Below are positions 34,026 through 43,356 of a stretch of 57,728 nucleotides of DNA, piece after piece. The stretch lies in IMG/VR virus record IMGVR_UViG_3300045988_009625, positions 1 to 57,728 of that record; one strand, written 5' to 3'. Source of the DNA: a virus. The first letter of the stretch is position 1. Each line of letters opens with the position of its first letter. A program made the position numbers and the translations under genes. Below the pieces are notes generated by a model. The model was not told where the DNA came from. It saw only the letters and a list, made by a program, of their open reading frames with translations, and searched no databases.

Positions 34026-34271
34026 ATGGAATTAAAAGACACTGTGGAGATGATGACCAGTGCTGATTACAAAGAGAGATTTAAAGCAGAGTATCAGCAA
34101 GTGGTTATTCGCTATAAGAAACTAAAAAATATGCTTGATAAGTGGGATAACGATGAACTTACATTTACTCCAACTTGCCCTAGAAGTACATATAATATGC
34201 AGATTAAAGCAATGACAGATTATATTGCAGTCCTTGAAGCAAGAGCGGTAATGGAAAATGTAGAGCTTTAG
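34026..34271 (+). CDS. hypothetical protein
   Basis: 81-aa ORF in the head module. Confidence 0.6.
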   Translation: MELKDTVEMMTSADYKERFKAEYQQVVIRYKKLKNMLDKWDNDELTFTPTCPRSTYNMQIKAMTDYIAVLEARAVMENVEL

Positions 34272-34285
34272 AAAGGGTTTGAACT

Positions 34286-34666
34286 ATGGCAGAATACACC
34301 ACATTAGAGCAAGTTAAAATCAGACTTAAACAATTTCATATTGATACAATCGCAAATGATGATGAAACAACATCTGATGTGGTAGTGTTCGATAGCAAAG
34401 AAGATAATCCGATAATCGAACAGCTCATTAAACAAGCTACAGAAGATGTGAAAGCAAGAAGAAACTACCCCGACAGCTACACAGATGAAATGATAACTGA
34501 AGATTTGAAGAAATTTGAAAGTGTTATCGTTAATCTTGCAGTCTATGACCATTCACAGGCAGGCGAAGCATTTATGGCAAGTTACAATGAGAATGGCGTA
34601 AACAGAACTTGGAGAGACAGAGATAGCTTATTTGTCGGGGTATTCCCTTTTGCTAAGGTTTTATAG
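34286..34666 (+). CDS. head-tail connector (gp6-like adaptor)
   Basis: ...TLEQVKIRLKQ...IIEQLIKQATEDVKARRNYP pattern and position. Confidence 0.6.
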   Translation: MAEYTTLEQVKIRLKQFHIDTIANDDETTSDVVVFDSKEDNPIIEQLIKQATEDVKARRNYPDSYTDEMITEDLKKFESVIVNLAVYDHSQAGEAFMASYNENGVNRTWRDRDSLFVGVFPFAKVL

Positions 34667-34773
34667 AAGATTGTGCGTTACCATGTTGCTGATGTCGACA
34701 ATATGGTAGCAGGCGGCACACATTAAGGGTGGTGGGCGGTGTGCCATTATTAATTATGAAAGGCGGTATATCA

Positions 34774-35097
34774 ATGCCAATAGCAGTAATTATAAGCATT
34801 ATTTCAGTTGCTTTTTCCGTCTTTTTCGGACTGTTTACGTTGGGATTTAATCTTAAGAACAACAAAAAGTCTGACAATGAAGAACTTACAGAGCGTGTAA
34901 AGGAAAATACACGCATAAATATGAAACTTGACACAATATCAGGCAACACAACAGAGATAAAAAATGAAGTTATAGAAATGAGAAAAGAACTTAATTCTCA
35001 TGATAACAGGATTATTAAGGTTGAGGAAAGTGTAAAGTCGGCACACCACCGAATAGACGGATTGGAAGCACGACTTAATGAAGATAAGGAGGTATAG
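34774..35097 (+). CDS. membrane protein: N-terminal TM helix plus coiled coil (XhlA-like, holin-associated type)
   Basis: MPIAVIISIISVAFSVFFGLFTLGF, then a heptad-rich region. ATG 34774 follows GAAAGGCGG. Confidence 0.5.
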   Translation: MPIAVIISIISVAFSVFFGLFTLGFNLKNNKKSDNEELTERVKENTRINMKLDTISGNTTEIKNEVIEMRKELNSHDNRIIKVEESVKSAHHRIDGLEARLNEDKEV

Positions 35098-35101
35098 CAG
35101 A

Positions 35102-35371
35102 ATGGATATAACATCGGTAACAACAGTTGTAGCAATCGTTGTAATTACATATCTGATAGGCTTAGGAGCCAAAGCAATCCCACACATTAAGGATAATTAC
35201 ATTCCTATAATCGTAGGCGTTGCAGGCGGTATCTTAGGCATTATAGGTATGTATGTAATACCTGACTTTCCGGCAAATGATATTCTTAATGCAATCGCAG
35301 TAGGAATTGTGTCCGGATTATCAAGCACAGGTGTTAATCAGATTTATAAGCAGGTAAAGAACAATGCTTGA
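35102..35371 (+). CDS. holin-like membrane protein (LL-H/Hol44-type pattern)
   Basis: Three hydrophobic segments (VTTVVAIVVITYLIGLGA, IPIIVGVAGGILGIIGMYVI, AIAVGIVSGLSSTG) and a basic C-terminus. Confidence 0.55.
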   Translation: MDITSVTTVVAIVVITYLIGLGAKAIPHIKDNYIPIIVGVAGGILGIIGMYVIPDFPANDILNAIAVGIVSGLSSTGVNQIYKQVKNNA

Positions 35372-35822
35372 CATTAATAAGCAGGCTATGAAGTATTCAC
35401 TTCAAGGACAGACAGTAACTATCTATGAAAGAGATGATGAGGGCAATATCCTTTATGAGGGTTATACCGACACAGAGGGTAACTTCATTCCTTATCTTGA
35501 TGATGAGGGAAATAAGATACCCAAAGTTCTTGAAGAAAAAACAGGTTTTTTAGAGCCGGTTGATTTCAAAGCAAACATATCATTCAGCGGTGGAGAAGCG
35601 CAGAGTAAAGAATACGGCTTTGATACCGCTGATTTTGACGCTATTTTACTGACAGATAGGAATATGTTGCCTGTTCAAAAAGGCGACCTTATCTGGCTTG
35701 ATAGCAAGCCTACATACACATCTGACAGCCTTGTTGATGAAACATCGGCGGATTTCACGATTGTAGGCATTAAGCCGGCATTATATTCAACTAAGTATAT
35801 GCTTAAAGCGGTTGTAAAGTAG
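35364..35822 (+). CDS. hypothetical structural protein
   Basis: 152-aa ORF in the connector module. Confidence 0.6.
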   Translation: MLDINKQAMKYSLQGQTVTIYERDDEGNILYEGYTDTEGNFIPYLDDEGNKIPKVLEEKTGFLEPVDFKANISFSGGEAQSKEYGFDTADFDAILLTDRNMLPVQKGDLIWLDSKPTYTSDSLVDETSADFTIVGIKPALYSTKYMLKAVVK

Positions 35823-35828
35823 GTGACT

Positions 35829-36155
35829 ATGGAAGATATAAAGATTGATGTTTTAGGAACTGAATATGTTGTGAAGTTCAAAGAACTAAATGACGAAGAT
35901 ATTGACGGATTTTGTGATAACACACAAAAATTAATAGTCATTCGTTCGGATAACGAAAATAAAGTTGGAGATTTCAAATATTTACAGAAAAAACAGCTAA
36001 GACACGAAATTATTCACGCGTTTATGTCTGAGAGCGGTTTACAGTGTAATTGGCAGCATATAGAACAATTTGGACACGATGAAACAACTATTGATTGGTT
36101 TGCAATCCAGTCACCTAAAATATTTAAAGTTTTTGTGGACTTAAAATTGCTCTAA
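35829..36155 (+). CDS. small HExxH zinc-metallopeptidase-like protein
   Basis: ...QLRHEIIHAFMSESG... Architecture is similar to 17295-17615. Confidence 0.6.
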   Translation: MEDIKIDVLGTEYVVKFKELNDEDIDGFCDNTQKLIVIRSDNENKVGDFKYLQKKQLRHEIIHAFMSESGLQCNWQHIEQFGHDETTIDWFAIQSPKIFKVFVDLKLL

Positions 36156-36166
36156 GGCGGTGCAAT

Positions 36167-36703
36167 ATGGCGAGACATACAATTAATATATCCTTGTCTG
36201 AAAAGTCCGTAAATGAAGCTATCAGACAGCTACAACAGTATAAGCAGAGTTTACAGTATAAATGTGAATTGTTTGTTGAACGACTAGCAGAATTAGGCGA
36301 CAAAGCGGCAATTATGAGTGTTAATGAAAGTCCATTAGGTAGGACAGTAACATTAAGAGTTGACAGAAAGCCTATTCAAGACGGATACCAAGCCATTTTG
36401 ATTGCTACTGGCAAAACTATTGAGGTAGAAGATAGAGAGCCATTTTACACGCTTTTAGCAATTGAATTTGGTGCTGGTATTTATTACAACAGCGGTAACG
36501 AGAACCCAAAAGCTAATGATTTCGGCTTGGGCGTAGGGACATATCCAGGACAAATCCACGCATTCAGCGACGGTTGGTACTACTTGGGTAATGATAATCA
36601 ATGGCACTATACACACGGCGTTAAAGCCACAATGCCTATGTACAACGCCACAATGGAAATTGTTAAACAGTATAAGCGGATAGCGAAAGAGGTGTTCGGC
36701 TAA
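36167..36703 (+). CDS. hypothetical head-tail joining protein
   Basis: 178-aa ORF; call is by position. Confidence 0.55.
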   Translation: MARHTINISLSEKSVNEAIRQLQQYKQSLQYKCELFVERLAELGDKAAIMSVNESPLGRTVTLRVDRKPIQDGYQAILIATGKTIEVEDREPFYTLLAIEFGAGIYYNSGNENPKANDFGLGVGTYPGQIHAFSDGWYYLGNDNQWHYTHGVKATMPMYNATMEIVKQYKRIAKEVFG

Positions 36704-37119
36704 TGGCAAATGCAAACGATTGGGCGATAGACCTTGAAAGCACAGTCACAGCACTTGTCAAGGCTACAGCCCTAACACAATTAAAGAAAACATATCCAAA
36801 GATAGTTATAACAAATGAGGGGGAAAACAGCGGTCAGGCAGTATTCCCAACAGTATACATACATCTGTTGCCAGCGGTAGAGCAAGGGCAAACGCTTGAT
36901 GGGCAGACAATTAATGCTTTGTTGGCAACATTCCAAGTAGATGTTACTACTAACACAAGCAAAGCTGATTGCCGTAAGGTTATGGCAATAATTACAGATG
37001 CATTCAAGATAATGAGATTCCAAGGCACATCAATGCCGGAATTTTCAATCAGCAATAAAGTACACAAGAGTACCGCTAGATTCAGACGAATGATAGCGGC
37101 AAATGACGGATTAATGTAA
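36703..37119 (+). CDS. hypothetical tail completion/terminator-like protein
   Basis: 138-aa ORF directly upstream of the major tail gene; call is by position. Confidence 0.5.
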   Translation: MANANDWAIDLESTVTALVKATALTQLKKTYPKIVITNEGENSGQAVFPTVYIHLLPAVEQGQTLDGQTINALLATFQVDVTTNTSKADCRKVMAIITDAFKIMRFQGTSMPEFSISNKVHKSTARFRRMIAANDGLM

Positions 37120-37120
37120 C

Positions 37121-37147
37121 AAAGAGCAGAAATGCTCTTATTTTTTT
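37121..37147 (+). terminator. hairpin plus T-run between connector genes and the major tail gene
   Basis: AAGAGC-AGAAAT-GCTCTT followed by ATTTTTTT. Confidence 0.6.
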
Positions 37148-37169
37148 GCAAATTTTTAGGAGGTAGACA

Positions 37170-37652
37170 ATGGCAGATGCAGTAGCAGGATTAAGTACAC
37201 TGGGCGTTACTTTCTCTTATGGAGTTGAAACAACAGCAGGCACAAAGCCAACATCATTTAAGTTGCTTACAAGAATTAACTCTATTGACGAGATTACAGT
37301 AACACCGGAAGCAATAGACGCTTCGGCACTTGAAGATAAACGGACAAGAAACATTGCAGGCAGAGATACAGTTACAGATACAGTTGCAGTTACAGTTAAC
37401 AAGACGGACGCAACAATTAAGGAGTGGAAAGACGTTATCACAGCTTACAATGAATTGACTGGTGGCAAGAGAATGTGGTTCCAGGAAATCACACCAGGTA
37501 TTACAGATGCAGAGTTCTTTGTGGCACAGCCACCATCAAAGTTACCAATTACAAGGAAAGAGCAGAACGGACTCCTTACAATGGCTATCAACCTTATTAT
37601 TGAGGATATGATAGGAACAGATACAGCAGTTGTCCCAACATCGGGGGAATGA
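37170..37652 (+). CDS. major tail protein
   Basis: 160 aa, strong RBS AGGAGG, T/V-rich beta protein immediately upstream of the chaperone/TMP genes. Confidence 0.65.
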   Translation: MADAVAGLSTLGVTFSYGVETTAGTKPTSFKLLTRINSIDEITVTPEAIDASALEDKRTRNIAGRDTVTDTVAVTVNKTDATIKEWKDVITAYNELTGGKRMWFQEITPGITDAEFFVAQPPSKLPITRKEQNGLLTMAINLIIEDMIGTDTAVVPTSGE

Positions 37653-37826
37653 TGAGCTATTCGACTAAATCTAAAAAGGCTGTGTCGGATAGCGTAGAAA
37701 ACGCCAAAACAGCCGATTACACATCATATCTTGATGATGTAACAGAATAATTATTTTAAAAGGTAGGTGCGGTGTAAAATCCGCACCTTTCCCTATATGG
37801 TGACAGGGTGGGAAAGGGTAAAAATT

Positions 37827-38315
37827 ATGATGAATATTAATGTAAACGGAAAAGAATACAAAGTTGAGTTCTCATTCGGTGCAGCAGAGTGTAAAGAGAT
37901 AGTGCAGAAAATGTTTTCTGTTGTTAATGGTTCTTACTTACTTGCACAGACAGATAAAAGTGTTGCACAGGCTTCCTTTGATGGATTAGCAAATATGACA
38001 GCAGATGTGCCAGAAATTTGCATATTGGCTATCTATGCAGGCTGTACTGATAATAACCCAGTCACAATGGATGAAGCAAAGGAACTTACTAGAGCATATA
38101 TTACAGAGAAGAGAAAGACGGATAAGAGTTACGGATACAGAGCATTATTCGAGGAAATCAAGAAAGCGATGGAAGATGATGGTTTTTTCGAGTTGAGCGG
38201 AATAACAGCGATGTTAGAGGAAATGGCGAACAATGTGGAAGAAGCGACACAGGAACAGAAGAAACCGACAGCAGTTCCACAAGACCACAAGAAAAAGCAG
38301 ACTTCCGCAAAATAA
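37827..38315 (+). CDS. tail assembly chaperone (G-like)
   Basis: Sits between the major tail and tape-measure genes, with an acidic C-terminus. ATG 37827. Confidence 0.7.
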   Translation: MMNINVNGKEYKVEFSFGAAECKEIVQKMFSVVNGSYLLAQTDKSVAQASFDGLANMTADVPEICILAIYAGCTDNNPVTMDEAKELTRAYITEKRKTDKSYGYRALFEEIKKAMEDDGFFELSGITAMLEEMANNVEEATQEQKKPTAVPQDHKKKQTSAK

Positions 38316-38683
38316 TCTGGGAAGAATATTTTGTTTTAGCCAGTTCACTAGGCGTTAGTTATTCGGACTTTTTAAAAATGACACCTAAAAAGCTATGGGC
38401 AGTTGTAGAGGGTAAGAAACTTGAAAGACAACGGATAGATTCAGATATATGGCTTGCAGTAGGTAACTACATACTCCCAGCAATTAAGATAGGTGTTAGG
38501 AGTGGTGCTTGGGGCAAGGGCGAACTTGAATACCCGAACAAGCCTATTTACAGCGATATTAGCAAAAAAGAAAATACCGAAGATGAAATACAAAGAAAGA
38601 GAGAAGAGTTTGTCTTGAATATGAAAATACGCAAAGCAAACTGGGATTTAACACACCCTAAAAATGATAAGCCGGAGGTATAA
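38180..38683 (+). CDS. -1 frame extension of the chaperone (GT-like frameshift product)
   Basis: Frame -1 is open from 38180 and overlaps the last 136 nt of G. T_TTT_TTC heptamer at 38183-38189. No SD before the only ATG (38378). Confidence 0.6.
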   Translation, partial: WFFRVERNNSDVRGNGEQCGRSDTGTEETDSSSTRPQEKADFRKIIWEEYFVLASSLGVSYSDFLKMTPKKLWAVVEGKKLERQRIDSDIWLAVGNYILPAIKIGVRSGAWGKGELEYPNKPIYSDISKKENTEDEIQRKREEFVLNMKIRKANWDLTHPKNDKPEV

Positions 38684-38686
38684 ATC

Positions 38687-41600
38687 GTGGAATTAGATTC
38701 ATTAGAAGTCAAAATTACCGGTACTGCCACTAAAGCTATCAATTCTGTTGATAAACTGATAAATCAGCTTACAAGGCTATCTACATCACTTGCGACTGTG
38801 AATGGCTCATCATTAAGCAGCCTTGCAAACGGCGTTAGTCAGTTAGGTTCTGCTATGCAGAATATGAACGCAGGAACAGCAGATTTTACAAGACTTGCCA
38901 AAAATATCACAAAGATAGGTTCTGTTGATTCAGCCGCACTTGCTAACACAGCTACATCACTTGAAGCTGTTACGAAAGCGGTTGCAAGCATATCAGCCAT
39001 ACCACAGAACGCAACACAAGTCACAGAATTTGCAAAATCATTAGGTAAGCTAGGCAGTAAAAGTATCGAAAATGCCACAGTGAATATCCCTAAACTGGGT
39101 AATGCGCTGAATGGCTTAATGACCACATTATCAAGAGCACCTAATGTAAGTAGTAATGTTATTGCTATGACTAACGCATTGGCTAATTTAGCAAGCCAAG
39201 GTTCAAAGGTGGGTACTTCTTCAAACTCACTTCAAAAGTCGCTGTATGGCGTTTCTACAAGTGCTAGAACAGCAACTAAAAGCAGTTGGAGCTTAGCAAG
39301 TGCGATAGGTAAGTTTTATGCCACTTATTTTATGGTTATCAGAGGTTCTAAGAAACTTGTAGAAGCAATCAAGTCAACGACAGATTACATTGAAGCGTTC
39401 AACTATCAAGCGGTTGCGTTTGGTAAGATTGGTTCAGAATGGGATAAGGATTACGAAAAGTACGGATATGATAACGCAACGGCATACGCAGAGAGCTTTC
39501 AAAGTAGAGTAAATGATACTCTTGGAAAGTTATCTGGATTGAAAGTTAATGTTCAAGGTGGCTTGCTTGAAGAAAGTGGAGCAAAAAACTTAGGGCTTAA
39601 CATACAAGAGATAACACAATACGCTTCACAGTTAGCTTCTGTTACTAATTCGTTAGGGCAGACTGGTGAAGCGACAACGGCTATAACAAAGTCAATGACA
39701 ATGCTTGCAGGCGATATAAGCTCGCTTTTTAATGTGGACTATTCAACGGTAGCACAGAACTTACAAAGTGGCTTAATCGGTCAATCAAGGGCATTGTACA
39801 AGTATGGTATTGATATTACTAATGCTACATTGGCAACATACGCTTATAATTTAGGCATTTCTAAATCTGTATCAGAAATGACACAGATGGAAAAACAGCA
39901 ATTAAGAGTGTTGGCTATACTAGACCAATCAAAAGTATCGTGGGGGGATTTAGCCAATACAATCAACTCGCCAAGTAACATGTTACGCCAGTTCAGCAAC
40001 AATATGAAAGAAGTCGGAATGGTGGCAGGACAGCTGTTTATCCCAATTCTTTCAAAGGTTATGCCAATAGTAAACGGAGTAACTATTGCAATCAAAAGAT
40101 TATTAGTCAACCTCGCTTCTTTAATGGGTGTTAAGATTGACTTTGAGAGCTTCGGACAAAGCGGATACAAAGATACTTCTGACGGACTGGAAGATATTTC
40201 AGACGGATACCAAAATGTAGCGGATTCAGCAAAAAAAGCTACATTATCCCTTATGGGATTTGACGAAATAAATAAATTGCAGGACGATACAAGCTCAAGC
40301 AAGGGTTCAAGTGGCGGCGGTGGTAGCAGTATTGACTTAACAGATGATATTACTAAGGCGGCGGCTGATTATGAAGCGGCATGGAATAAAGCATTTGCCA
40401 ATATGGAAAATTCAGCAACCGAATGGGCGGACAAAATAGAGAAAGCCATAAAAAAGGGTGACTGGTACGGGATAGGTACTTACGCAGGTAAGCAAATAAA
40501 CAAAGGGGTAAATGCTGTTCCGTGGAAAAAAACAGGAGAAGCAATTACAACAGCCGTTTGTAAAACATTAGATTTTGCAGATGGCTTTATCAGTTCCGTA
40601 GATTGGGAGCAATTAGGCAAAGATATAATTAAATTTATTGAAGGAATAAATTTAGGTAAAATAGCAGTAAAAGTATCTGATTTAACAATCGATTTAGCTT
40701 TATCTGCAATAAAGCTATTATGGGGTGCTTACCAAGAAATATATGACAAATGGGGAATTGCTGGTATCTTAGCTTCTTTAATTGTTCCTGGTGGAGTTGT
40801 TACTATTAAATTTATTACAGAATTTTCAGCAAGCATAGAAGACAGCAAGTATGTAAAAAAAGCTAAAGATGCTGTAGAAGATATTAAACTTGCTGTACAA
40901 GAAAAATGGGATGAAATTACAGACTGGTGGAATAATACAGCTATTGTAAACTGGTGGAACAATGATGTAACACCATGGTTCGAAAAAGAAACATGGGTTG
41001 ACGCTGTTGACGGAATGAAATTAGGAATACAAGAAAAATGGGATTCAATCGTTGGTTGGTGGAACAGCCTTGCAATTGTTTCTTGGTGGAGCAATGATGT
41101 AATGCCATGGTTTACTAAGGAGAAATGGGAAAACTTAGCCGACGGAATTAAAAAAGGCATTCAAGGGAAGTGGGATGATGTTGTAGATTGGTGGGATAGC
41201 AAACCGGCACTTCAACGCATTTCTGTGGCTATCGAAGATTTTAAAGCCAAAATACAGAACGCTTGGAACAGCTTTAAGCAGTGGTGGAATGATTTAGGAC
41301 TTGAATTTCCACACATTGATACACCACACTTTAAAATTGACGGAGAATTTAGCCTTGCACCGCCTAAAGTACCAAAAGTCAGTATTGATTGGTATGCAAA
41401 CGGCGGATTCCCAGGTAAAGGGCAATTGTTTGTCGCAAACGAAGTCGGACCCGAAATGGTTGGTACTATGGACGGAAGAACGGCGGTAGCTAACCAACAG
41501 GAAATTACACAAGGTATTGCTAATGCGGTTTATCCGGCAGTTTACAATGCTGTTAGGGCGGCTATGGCAGAAAGTAGCAATAATATCAATGTAACGCTAC

Positions 41601-41689
41601 AAGGCGACGCAGATAAGCTATTTACAATGGTACAAGATAAAGCTAACAGCTATACAAATATGACAGGTCAAGCAGCCTTTCCGTATTGA
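38687..41689 (+). CDS. tape measure protein
   Basis: 1000 aa, helical and low-complexity, Trp-rich ~40-aa repeats near the C-terminus, canonical position. Confidence 0.9.
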   Translation: MELDSLEVKITGTATKAINSVDKLINQLTRLSTSLATVNGSSLSSLANGVSQLGSAMQNMNAGTADFTRLAKNITKIGSVDSAALANTATSLEAVTKAVASISAIPQNATQVTEFAKSLGKLGSKSIENATVNIPKLGNALNGLMTTLSRAPNVSSNVIAMTNALANLASQGSKVGTSSNSLQKSLYGVSTSARTATKSSWSLASAIGKFYATYFMVIRGSKKLVEAIKSTTDYIEAFNYQAVAFGKIGSEWDKDYEKYGYDNATAYAESFQSRVNDTLGKLSGLKVNVQGGLLEESGAKNLGLNIQEITQYASQLASVTNSLGQTGEATTAITKSMTMLAGDISSLFNVDYSTVAQNLQSGLIGQSRALYKYGIDITNATLATYAYNLGISKSVSEMTQMEKQQLRVLAILDQSKVSWGDLANTINSPSNMLRQFSNNMKEVGMVAGQLFIPILSKVMPIVNGVTIAIKRLLVNLASLMGVKIDFESFGQSGYKDTSDGLEDISDGYQNVADSAKKATLSLMGFDEINKLQDDTSSSKGSSGGGGSSIDLTDDITKAAADYEAAWNKAFANMENSATEWADKIEKAIKKGDWYGIGTYAGKQINKGVNAVPWKKTGEAITTAVCKTLDFADGFISSVDWEQLGKDIIKFIEGINLGKIAVKVSDLTIDLALSAIKLLWGAYQEIYDKWGIAGILASLIVPGGVVTIKFITEFSASIEDSKYVKKAKDAVEDIKLAVQEKWDEITDWWNNTAIVNWWNNDVTPWFEKETWVDAVDGMKLGIQEKWDSIVGWWNSLAIVSWWSNDVMPWFTKEKWENLADGIKKGIQGKWDDVVDWWDSKPALQRISVAIEDFKAKIQNAWNSFKQWWNDLGLEFPHIDTPHFKIDGEFSLAPPKVPKVSIDWYANGGFPGKGQLFVANEVGPEMVGTMDGRTAVANQQEITQGIANAVYPAVYNAVRAAMAESSNNINVTLQGDADKLFTMVQDKANSYTNMTGQAAFPY

Positions 41690-41749
41690 TAAGATAAAAG
41701 TATTGTGTTATTCTTTTGCTATATATAAAAAGCAAAGGGGTAACGCAAT

Positions 41750-42235
41750 ATGAAAAAGAAAAAGAAACTTTACATCGGTTTGGCAATAGCTTTTGTCTTA
41801 GTCTTGATAATAGTTTACGGCAATAGAAGTACCGATACAAAGACAGAAAACACTAATACCACAACAGAAAAAAGCAGTGATAATGCCACTTATAACAATA
41901 CGGAATTTAAGTATCTTAAGCATGAAATTATAAATAATAATGAAAAAGATATACTTATTGTTTATTTTGATTTCACTAATAATTCTAAAGACAATACCAG
42001 AGCTGCATATAATTATGACATAAATTGTTTTCAAAATGGCGTAGAATTGGATTATCCTTTACTCAAAGTTGTCAAAGAGGAAGATAATATTATGAAAGAA
42101 ATACAGCCAAACACGTCTATTACAATTGCGGAAGCGTTTATTTTAAATGATAGAAGTAATGTAGATTTAGAGGTGGAAGCCCATTCGTCATTTATTGATA
42201 AAAAACTTATAAAATTAACATTAGAATTACAGTAG
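41750..42235 (+). CDS. membrane-anchored extracellular protein (DUF4352-like pattern)
   Basis: MKKKKKLYIGLAIAFVLVLIIVYG signal-anchor, then a beta-rich domain (...ILIVYFDFTNNSKDN...). Confidence 0.6.
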   Translation: MKKKKKLYIGLAIAFVLVLIIVYGNRSTDTKTENTNTTTEKSSDNATYNNTEFKYLKHEIINNNEKDILIVYFDFTNNSKDNTRAAYNYDINCFQNGVELDYPLLKVVKEEDNIMKEIQPNTSITIAEAFILNDRSNVDLEVEAHSSFIDKKLIKLTLELQ

Positions 42236-42246
42236 AGGGAATATGT

Positions 42247-42591
42247 ATGTCAGTAAAAAAAGAACTAAACGAAATGCTAGAAGCAATAGGAGTGAAGAAG
42301 AAACAGCAACCACAAATTCAACGCCCACTAAGTCCTAACTTTAAAGGAGTGTACAGAGCGACAGAAAACGGATTGATTGAAGTATATTGTCCAAGATGTA
42401 GTAGTTGGGATTGTTCTCACACGCAGATTACAACAACTGTACCGCAGAAATCCAAAACAAGATATACTATTAATCTGAATCCTTTAAGACCGTTTACACT
42501 GGTTAATAAGAAAGAGAAGATTAAGCAACAGGGCGGAACTTATTCACAACATAGGTTTGTATGTAACAGATGTGGACTGATTTTTTGGTAA
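42247..42591 (+). CDS. zinc-ribbon protein
   Basis: CPRCSSWDC...CNRCG. Confidence 0.55.
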   Translation: MSVKKELNEMLEAIGVKKKQQPQIQRPLSPNFKGVYRATENGLIEVYCPRCSSWDCSHTQITTTVPQKSKTRYTINLNPLRPFTLVNKKEKIKQQGGTYSQHRFVCNRCGLIFW

Positions 42592-42649
42592 TACATGATT
42601 TTAATGGAGCGTATCTTTTTGGTGCGTTCCATTTTTTATTAAAAAGTAC

Positions 42650-42678
42650 TTGACAATTATTGCACGTGCATTTATTAT
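42650..42678 (+). promoter_or_regulatory. sigma-70 promoter with a palindromic operator in the spacer
   Basis: TTGACA (42650-42655), 17 nt, TATTAT (42673-42678). The perfect palindrome TGCACGTGCA (42661-42670) lies in the spacer. Preceded by a hairpin plus T-run at about 42603-42640. Confidence 0.55.
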
Positions 42679-42706
42679 AATAACATAAATATTGCAAGGG
42701 CAATAA

Positions 42707-42910
42707 TTGAAAGGAGTGATTATTATTAGTCCAGCAGGAAGACCACATAAGGAAAACCCTAGAAATGTTAATCTTAATATCAGAATAACAAAAGATGAAG
42801 CTAATCGTATTCAGAAATGTGCTGATGAATTGAAATTAACAAGAACTGACACCATTATGAAAGGTATAGGGTTAGTAGAAAAAGAACTTAAAGGCAACAA
42901 AAAAGAGTAG
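42707..42910 (+). CDS. ribbon-helix-helix (Arc/Mnt/CopG-like) DNA-binding protein; start codon uncertain
   Basis: ...GRPHKENPRNVNLNIRITKDEANRIQKCADELKLTRTDTIMKGI... Confidence 0.6.
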   Translation: MKGVIIISPAGRPHKENPRNVNLNIRITKDEANRIQKCADELKLTRTDTIMKGIGLVEKELKGNKKE

Positions 42911-43027
42911 CCACAAGTCGGTCAAAACTTATAGTGACTACTCAAAACACACCCACAAGGGATATAGGATATTCTACTATACCTCTTGTGGGAAATCAAT
43001 AGTTTTTTAACAGAAAGAGGTAAAAGA

Positions 43028-43150
43028 ATGAGAGAAAGTATTGTGGAATCCATTATTGGTAACTTAGAACATATCAACCTGCATTTCTTAAAATGCGTGT
43101 TAGCTTACACAAATGTATTAGCAGGGAATAAGAGAGGGGAAAATCGGTAA
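43028..43150 (+). CDS. small ORF (40 aa)
   Basis: ATG follows AGAGGT. Its stop overlaps the next ATG. Confidence 0.4.
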   Translation: MRESIVESIIGNLEHINLHFLKCVLAYTNVLAGNKRGENR

Positions 43151-43263
43151 TGGAAGAAAACAGAGAAAAGCTCCACGAGATGATTGACAGCATAACAGAC
43201 GATGGCAAAATTGAATACTTTTTAGCCTTTATAAGTTGTTTCATAGAAAAGTGGGGCAAATAA
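43150..43263 (+). CDS. tiny protein (37 aa), paralog of 51361-51477
   Basis: MEENREKLHEMIDSITDDGKIEYFLAFISCFIEKWGK aligns with MENEDYKQKIIGLIEKIENTGTLEYLYSFIENFLKRWG. Confidence 0.5.
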   Translation: MEENREKLHEMIDSITDDGKIEYFLAFISCFIEKWGK

Positions 43264-43356
43264 ATATTATTGCGTGAGGCATTGTGGGCATATACTCCCA
43301 CTACGCAATAGATTCTGTTTAGAGCAAATGATAAAATTTTTGTAGGAGGTAAAATA

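Noticed and set aside
37652-37750. 32-aa ORF overlapping the major tail gene stop (ATG within TGATG), considered as a possible frameshift extension of the tail tube protein.
   Set aside because: It is too short for a decoration domain, there is no slippery site at the junction, and the sequence is low complexity. It is left unannotated.
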